Assembly: GCF_009914755.1 (NCBI RefSeq)
Contig: NC_060926.1
DNA: 64,000 nt
Strand: one strand, 5' to 3'
From: the human T2T-CHM13v2.0 reference genome, Homo sapiens
Shown here: positions 41,790-64,000 of the stretch, piece by piece
How the letters are laid out: every line of letters begins with the position of its first letter
Numbering within the stretch: the stretch's first letter is position 1
Made by a program: the position numbers and the translations under genes
Notes under the pieces: generated by a model
The model's input: only the letters and a program-made list of their open reading frames with translations
What the model was told of the DNA's origin: nothing
The model's database searches: none

Positions 41790-44700
41790 GTTATTTTTTT
41801 CTTCAATGTTTATTATTTTCGTATTTTTTCACTTAATACTACATAAAATCTAAGATCTCAGCTCTTGGAATACAGAAAAATAGTTTCAAAGTGTATTTTA
41901 GCAAAACAATTTATAATGAAATTAGCATTTGTGAATTAAGCATGTCAACATTACTGTGTTGCTTGTTAGGCACACTGCTTATTTGTACAGCTTTATCAGT
42001 CAGTTCCATCATTTCAATATTTTGGCCCACCACACCACTTTGAAACATGTAATGAAGGGCAAGTTTTATAATAAAAAAAACAACTTGGCATTACTCAACG
42101 GGAAGTCAGTACATGTTTTTTGCAAGGAGAACAACATAACTGTTTAATGATGCTGTCTTCAATATACTACCTAATTCTGTTTATGCAACTTCTCACCAGG
42201 TAATTGTTTTTTATGGTCAGTTTTGCTTTTCTTTGTCCCCCTAGTCAAGGGAGAGTTTGTTAGTGTTGTTATCTGGAAATTTCCTTCATGTCGAATAAAA
42301 CCAACTAGATTGACTCATAATATAGGTGTTTTCTCTAGTACCATTTACACAGAAGACAAAGGTCCCCAAGACATTATGGCAGATCATTAAAACTTTCACA
42401 GATATAGATACCAAAGAGGCATAAGCTTTTACAAAAGTAAAAAAGATGTGCCTGTCTATATACATATGCGCGCACACACACACGCACACAAAATTAGGTC
42501 CACAAGGTATGAGAGGTTGTTTTTAGAGATACTGGTTTCTGGATCCAACTGAATGAGAAATATCAACTAGATATTGTTTAAATATCAACTAGATCCAGCA
42601 ACTTAGGATCTACCTGGAATAATTCGTTGGTGGGAAAATTCTAGGGCTCAGGCAGCACAGAATTAGGGGGAAATGAGAAGCCTCCAAAAGAGAGTTTCCA
42701 AAGTTAGGTGAAGTCTGAGGAGTCAACAGGTGATTCTAGAACTAAAGCAAATGAAAGTGCAACCAACAAATCACAGTAAGGGGCTAGAGGCATGACAATC
42801 GAATGAATTCTCAGCTGATTCCTGAGACAGGAAAGGGAAAGAAGAGATACTCAAGCATTAGACCATGGACTAAGAATTGCAGCTCTGACCAAACTGTCCT
42901 GCAGGAACCTTTCAGACAGGCAGAACTAATAAGTGTGCCATCCCTACAACCCTGAACATTTCTCTTTCCTTGATGAAGCAGAGAATAGTCTCATCCCTAA
43001 AAACAGAAAGTCCTGTGGAAAGATGCAAGTTCAACAGGAGATGTACTGTCTTAGACAGACTTCTTTGTTAGGATGTGATTTTCTGATTTGGGGAAATTTC
43101 CCATTCTGGTATAGAACAAATGAGAAAGCTGGAATTCATTGTGTTACATTTAGGTAAGTAAGTTAGTAACCTAGGAGACTTATTAGGCAAAGTTAATAGA
43201 GCGTGTATGTGTGACCACAGATAGAAAGGAGCAAGAGATACCAAATATTCATGAAGCACTAAAAATATGAAAAGCCACAAAGATACCAAATATTCATGAT
43301 ACACTAAGTATGCATGAGACATATAAAGCCTTCAGTATGTGTGAGAAGTTGATTCAATTACCCACTGGTGACACTCATTCTGGCCTGTCCTTACCCAAGA
43401 AATACAATAAAATTCATGACTGCTCAGCAGACTAATAGGCAAGCTATTGCTGTGGTGAAGTGTACTTGCCCCTGACACCCTTCTATAGAGCAAGTGTACA
43501 TCGTTGGCCTCAGGCACATTTCATCTGATTGAGTCATCTGGCTCAAGCGGCCACTCTGGTCCTTTTTGTAACCCGACTATTAGGGGAAAGCGTATGTGAC
43601 AGAATGTGAGTCAGGACATAAAAACATTACAAAACCCAGGATTCAGGTGTTGCGGTCTTTCCACTCCACTGGCACGTTACACTAACAGTGTTAATCTATC
43701 ATTGCTTTCTCCTTGTTCCTCACTGTGTATTGCAAATTGGTTCAATAAACCAATGTATTTTGAGAATTTTTATTTGGTTTATAAGGCTTTCTGTTCCATG
43801 ACCTCTGGAATAGCTTGCGAGGCAGTCTATTTAGAGGCTACCATTGTACCAAGGTAATTTTCCACGAGGCGCATGAATAGAGACAGAGACCTCAAAGACT
43901 TCTGGTCTTCTCTTTTTATTTAGGCCAATGAGCCCACTCTCTATCCTAAGCTCATCTAGGCTCTAAATCTCTTCTCATAGCTCACTATTCCCAATCTGCA
44001 ACATGCTGAACTTGTCTCTGTCTCTACAAGACAAAAACATATGAGATTGAGAAAGTGTATTGTAGCTGCAAAAACAAAGTTGCGTATCTCTATGTATTGC
44101 CTCTACTATATGTAAGCCAAACCTCAATAAAATAATCTTGATGAAATAGTGCAAAGGTCTGGTCTTTAGCCACAAAATGGGAATTCATGAGAAATAAACA
44201 GAGAACATTATTAGCTATGTAAAAGACATAAGAAATGATCCATTATGGATCACAACTGTTTATCTTTCAAATTAATAATAAATGAAAACAGACGCATATC
44301 AAGAAAAAATCACTCCCTCAACAATACTTGTGTAAATAAACGGTCCAACTTAGTGACAATGTTTCAACAGAAGCTATAACTACAAAATGGATATTTCTGT
44401 TTAAGTTATCTTCATTATAAATAGAGGCAAGTTTTCTGCACAATCATATGAAAGTGTAAATTCCAAATGCCATCTCTTAAATGAGACTAAAAGGACAGGT
44501 TTTAAAATAGAAGAATAGGGCTATTAGAAACAATTCAGATTGTAAAAAATGTCTTAAAATGCCATCGCCTCACTTCTGAAAATACAATAAAGAAGACATT
44601 CGACACTTATTTAATTAAATATGGCTATAGAGAAAGCTCATTTCATTATTACAATTGTTTAACTTCCTTGTAACATGGGTTATAAAAATTCTCTAAATTC

Positions 44701-45088
44701 AACTTTGCCCCACTCCCATGCTTCCCCCACTCCCTACTCCCTTCAAGATTTTTTAATGAATTCAGTTACCTTGACACTGTGAGAAAAAAATTTATTTGGA
44801 ATATTTCCATGGTATCATGTAACCAAAAACAAGATAAACAAAAGAGAGAGGGTGAGAGAAAACATGGTTGATTTTCATACATTTATATGAAAATCGGCCT
44901 TATTATTTCACAGTTGTATTGCCATAAAAATTATTTTATTAACATATATTTTGTGCAAAAATTCAACTATAAATAATGAGGCTGATTTTCATACAAAACT
45001 CACAGAAATAAACCTTATTACATATACAGCATATAGCCATGTATATATGCTACATATATTTTACAGTTATATACAGTTTATCATTCCT
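41790..45088 (-). other. WDR35: WDR35 long 3' UTR (AATAAA at 41809-41814 on the minus strand)
   Basis: Repeat-poor AT-rich sequence after the stop, ending at a polyA signal. Confidence 0.7.
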
Positions 45089-45271
<183 letters not shown>

Positions 45272-45566
45272 TTAAAACTTCTCATTAGTCTAACTTTATT
45301 TAATACACTTAAAAAAAACCTAAAGAATAAAACTTCTGAGATGAACATCAAATACTTTCATTTAAAAAAGTTATTTCAAGAAAAAACCTTTCTTACAATG
45401 ACAAAATAAAGCATGAATACACTTGTAAAAATAAATAAAATAGGGTATAATGTTAATGTGAATTGCTTCAAAATTCAGTGCTTTAATTCCTACATTAAAC
45501 ATTGTACATCTAGAAATCCAAGCTTCTAATAAGATAGAATGGCATCCACTAATTAAAATTAGCCTA

Positions 45567-45836
<270 letters not shown>

Positions 45837-46457
45837 TTAAAATAATTATTATGATATCATGAACATGCAAAAGAAGAATCTAAGTTAAGGTGATTTCATT
45901 GAACTTGCATGAACGAACTGAAAGCAAACAGTGTTGAGAGATGGGAGCACCAAGAGGAGGAACTAGGCTACATGATATCCAAGGTTCTGTGAAGCTGGCT
46001 AACAGCTCATCCTATGAAAAGAACCACCACCAAATGCTGCACATGGCTGTGCCAGCTCAGAAATACACACACACACACAAAATTTTGGTGTCAAAACATC
46101 CACATTTTCTTCAATTTATGTTAGAAATTTCTGTGGCACTTCATAAAAAGCAAATGAGTATTATACTATGTTAGTCATAAACTGCAAGATAATACCATGT
46201 TTCCTTTTGTTAAAAAAAAAGCAAAACAATATAAGCAAAACAGTATAAAATAATATGTTCTTTTCTCTGTGTTTCTTTGGACAGATTATTGCTTTTGTAT
46301 TACTGCTTTTGTCATTTGTCTCACTGAAACAATAGGATTTTGTGAAAAAGTGAAAATGAGTCTCCAAGTTGTCAGTTGAGACAATTCAAGTTACAACATC
46401 TTATTTGCAATTATACTGGAGATGAAAAAATCTTTCTTTAAAATGCACTGTATTCTT

Positions 46458-46622
46458 GGGCCTGTTGGGGGTGGGGGGCTAGGGGAGGGATAGCATTAGG
46501 AGAAATACCTAATGTAGATGACGGTTGATGGGTGCAGCAAACCACCATGGCACATGTATACCTATGTAACAAGCCTGCACGTTCTGTACATGTACCCCAG
46601 AACTTAAAGTATAATAAAAAAA
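46458..46622 (+). mobile_element. L1PA 3' end fragment
   Basis: ggggagggatagcattaggag..agaacttaaagtataataaaaaa. Confidence 0.9.
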
Positions 46623-47384
46623 GCAGACTTAATATTAGATTTAATATTAAGATTTAATATTAGATTTATAACCAATTTGTATCTTTTTCTTCTCTAGACC
46701 TTGGAATCTTAAAAATACTTTGTTATAGTATATCAAAAACTTCATAAAACCAGTTTAAACAATATATTCATGTGTTTTACAATCAGAATCCTATAAACTG
46801 GTTCTGGGGTCAAGTATTTACAACAAAGTGTAGTAGAAAAAATGTATATAAAATGTAATCACTCAGTTACAATAAACAATATCCTCTAATTTCATATCCA
46901 AAGCATGATAGGTTCAAGGGTAATAATTTACAGGTCATACATTGTTTCAGATCGTCTTACCACTGACAAAAAAAAAAAAAATGAGGCATATAGAGATCTT
47001 CACCTAGTAGGTGAAGCATCTCAAGTTAAAGATCTAATTGTTCTTTTAAGTCTAGAAATGGTGTATAAATTGAATATGATACAGCTATTTTAAACAGTGT
47101 ATAATTTATGTCACATATTAGTTAAAACTAAATGAAGGTCAGTTATAAAATAAACATAAAAATAATTTTTATATATAACTAATAACCAATTAGAAAAAAA
47201 ATTTACAACCTCATTAATGACAACAAAACTAGGAATAAACTGAAAAATAAACCTTTAGAGCCAGCAAGAAGAAAACTACAAATCTTTAGAAACACAGATA
47301 CATAAGTGATTTCTAAAATAGATGTTTCTGACAAATATCACATGTTCTCACTCATATGTGAGATCTAAAAAAGTTGACCTCGTG

Positions 47385-47469
47385 GAGCGTGCAGTGAGCT
47401 GAGATTATGCCACTGCACTCTAGCCAGGGCAACAGAGCGAGACTCCATCTAAAAAAAAAAAAAAAAAAA
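47385..47469 (+). mobile_element. 5'-truncated Alu
   Basis: gcagtgagctgagatt..ccatct + poly-A; TSD-like aaaaagttg(a/g)cct. Confidence 0.85.
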
Positions 47470-47477
47470 GTTGGCCT

Positions 47478-54254
<6,777 letters not shown>

Positions 54255-54275
54255 GTATAAATTTAGTTTCATGAA

Positions 54276-60040
<5,765 letters not shown>

Positions 60041-60327
60041 CATTAAGGTAGAATTTCAAATCTGTTAAGAAAGAATAAACCTAATATATGGTTTCAGGAT
60101 AACTTAGATGTTATAATAAACATAATATTTAACAAACTTGAAGGAATTCCTAAGCATGATTCCTAAGAGAAAAATATGAAGTAAAAGACTGACAGACATG
60201 ACTATATAAAAAAAACTATTAATATCATCATCACAGCTACCACTTATTGAGGGCTCACAATGTCCAGGCAGCATAATAAGTGAGTTTTCTTTTCATGAAC
60301 TTCTCAATCATTACAATAACTCTATGA

Positions 60328-60635
<308 letters not shown>

Positions 60636-61910
60636 GAGGAAGATACTATTATCCTTTCTTTACACAAAGAGAAACTGAAGCTTAGAAAGGATCAAGTAAC
60701 TATAACTTATAAATGCTAGGGAAAATCAATATATATGAAAGACGATTATTACATATGGTCTCTAAAGAGCTCTTATAAAAATAATTAAAAATAAAAATCA
60801 TCACTATAGAATTCCAGAAATATTCAAATAAAAGAATTTCTCTAAAAGTTTTCTTTTAATATCATGCCATTGGAATACAGATTCATGATGTATTAGGATT
60901 AGAGTGTGATGTGCATATGGTGATGATGTGAGCAGCAAATGGATGATGTCACCAATATGACAGAGGAAGGGTGGGGTGTCATGACAGTGCTTGCCATGGC
61001 CAAGCTGAAAGACCAGTAATGATTTAGTCATTCATATGCTTTGGCTTACAACATAATTATCATAATTACACTCTCTGGAGTTCATATATCTAAATTCTAG
61101 AATATTGTTATTGTTAAGAAGAAATTGAGATCCTGATATTACATGTAAATAATCTTCTATCAATTACAGTATACAAATACCATGGAATATTAGGTAGAAT
61201 GTTTATATAGATCTCTGTTTAAGAATGAGGAAAGAACTATAATATACTGCTGAGGGAAAAAACCATGCTCCTGCATGTAGAAACATCTAAAAGGAAGTTT
61301 ACCCAAACCTTAGCAATGATTACCTCTGAGTTATAGGATTATTTTACAAATTGTTAGATTATTTTACTTTTTCTTCATATTTTTCTGTTTTGGTTGAAAT
61401 TATTAGCTAAGTATCACTTTTATAAAACACAAGATAAATGCTATAGCAATGTATATGTAAAATATGGAAATATTTTAAAACGTGGTTTTCAAAAAGTACA
61501 TAAAAGTATGCCATGTTATACTCCCGATATTGTAAAGAATAAAATTATCTGAATGTATGTATTAAATATATTTTATGTATTTAAATATATGTATTAAATA
61601 TATTTAATAGATATATGTATATATATTTTTCTCCAAAAAATATGAACTTGGCTATGAAGTATTTAACTTTGAATGGCTAGCCATATGAATGCTATACACA
61701 TTCTTTTTGCTTATCTCAAATTTCTGACATTTCTGTGAACTATGTGTTTTCTCTGTATTAAAAAAAACTTCAAAAATGGGAATGCATAAGACTCAAACAT
61801 AGGAAAATAAATCCATAGGAAAAAATGTTATTGAAGGCCACATAAAGGCAAATTGAAGAAGCTAGCCCTTCATACTCAATTTATAATTTTCAGACATACT
61901 ATACACATTA

Positions 61911-62081
<171 letters not shown>

Positions 62082-62209
62082 CTACGAGTAAAGTCAGCCC
62101 ACACTTTCCGTCAGCACAAACGCACACACAGTGTCAACTCCCAAATAACAACAGTCATTAAAGTATCTAAATGAGCAGATTTTATCATTACAAAACTATG
62201 ATTACAGAC

Positions 62210-62365
62210 TTTTTTTTTTAAGAGATGAGGTATTACTCTGTCACCCAAGCTGGAATGCAGCTGCGTGGTCATAGCTCACTGCAGTCTCAAACTCATGGAC
62301 TCAAGTGATCCTCCCACCTAAGCCTCCCTAGTCACTGAGATCACTGGTGTGAGCACTGCACCCAA
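62210..62365 (-). mobile_element. Old Alu monomer fragment
   Basis: ctctgtcacccaagctggaatgcag..caagtgatcctcccacct. Confidence 0.75.
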
Positions 62366-62791
62366 AACAGATTTAATTTTTTATTATAATTCATAGTTTG
62401 TTAAACTGGTATGAATAAATTTTAAAATATAACTAATTAGATTCTAAGTTAATCAGACATTCATTTACGCATTACAACAATATATCTAGGAAAGTTTTAA
62501 AACTCACTGATTAGAAAGGAAGATTTCCCAGGTAAGTAAAATTTTTTAACAAATAAGACATTAAAGCAAAGACTACAGATTAGTATTACAGAAAAACAAT
62601 TTCAATATTTCTAGGTAGAAATTTCTGAATTTGAATACTAATTCTAAATCAGTCATTCTTTTTCTTCATATCATTTAAGGAAACAAATGCAGACATGCAA
62701 ATTAAATGACCTATCCATAAAAGAAGTTTAATAGTTTCTTTTTTTTTTTTTCTTAAACACTTCCAATGATGTAATGTTATTTAACGTGCTA

Positions 62792-62977
<186 letters not shown>

Positions 62978-63805
62978 CTATATTTGTACAAATACAATCA
63001 TTTCCAAAACTAACAAATTTGATTCCCTAAAAAAGGAGGAAAATCAGTAAGATGGAATATAAATATCACCTATTTAAGATAAATATTTTAAAACCTATCT
63101 TCTTTTCATTAGTACCTATTCGTATTTAGTTCTTTCCTTAGTATTTAGCCCTAGGAGTTGGAATTCAGATCACTCTTAGAAAATGAGAGGTGCTGTTAGA
63201 TAACTAAATCAGAATAAAGAAAGTATTGATGAAATGCTGGTATTTTCCATAATACAGAGATTTTTAAAATAATGTTCCAAGTACACAAAGATATGATAGT
63301 GTTAACATGGTGCATCCTTCAGAAGCTGAAACTTATTTAAATGATTTTAAGAGATATTTTTCCTTTTTCATTAAATCAAATGGGAATAGAATAGAAGGTA
63401 AAATGTGTATACATTAATACTGTACTAATTATCTTCCCTCCAAATAAATATTATGTAAAGCGTAATATTTAAAACTTGTACATTTAAAAGAACTTAAAAC
63501 TCTATTATCAACAAAATTTAATTCCCTGTTGTAGAAATTTGTACTTTGCAGTCTCAGTAATTTCTTTAACTCTTTGTTAACTCCAGTATTCAACATACAA
63601 TTGTTTAGGTATTAGTAAGTTGCTAATATTAATAAACATCTTTGTTGGTAAAAGGCAATAATACTAAAATAATGTATACAGAAGCAATAAAACCAGAGTG
63701 GTTTTGCTGTAATAAATATTTGTTTCCAAAGAAAATGGAGAATATGCTCTTTCATATATTAAAATATTGTGACTGGAACAAATCAACTATTCACCAAGAT
63801 TTTTA

Positions 63806-63976
<171 letters not shown>

Positions 63977-64000
63977 CTAGGAGAAAAATTACACCATTCA

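Overview
Primate (most likely human) genomic DNA that I recognise as the chr2p24 TTC32/WDR35 locus. It holds the complete 3-exon TTC32 gene (minus strand, 151 aa) and the last five coding exons plus 3' UTR of WDR35 (minus strand). It also has dense Alu/L1/MaLR repeats, a near-full-length L1PA, and a deleted HERV-K(HML-3)/MER9 provirus in a WDR35 intron. The main observation is that bases ~300-15900, which the ORF track shows only as fragments and where I recall the lncRNA LINC00954 being annotated, contain an exon-by-exon fossil of a large zona pellucida gene on the plus strand (ZPAX/ZPY egg-coat glycoprotein type). About 20 exons survive in colinear order, mostly with canonical splice sites. 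They include a ZP-N/ZP-C module, a dibasic site, a hydrophobic patch and a frameshifted TM segment. The gene is disabled by stops, frameshifts, a donor mutation, an apparent deletion and a local duplication that splits an exon. Family assignments rest on motif recall, not database searches.
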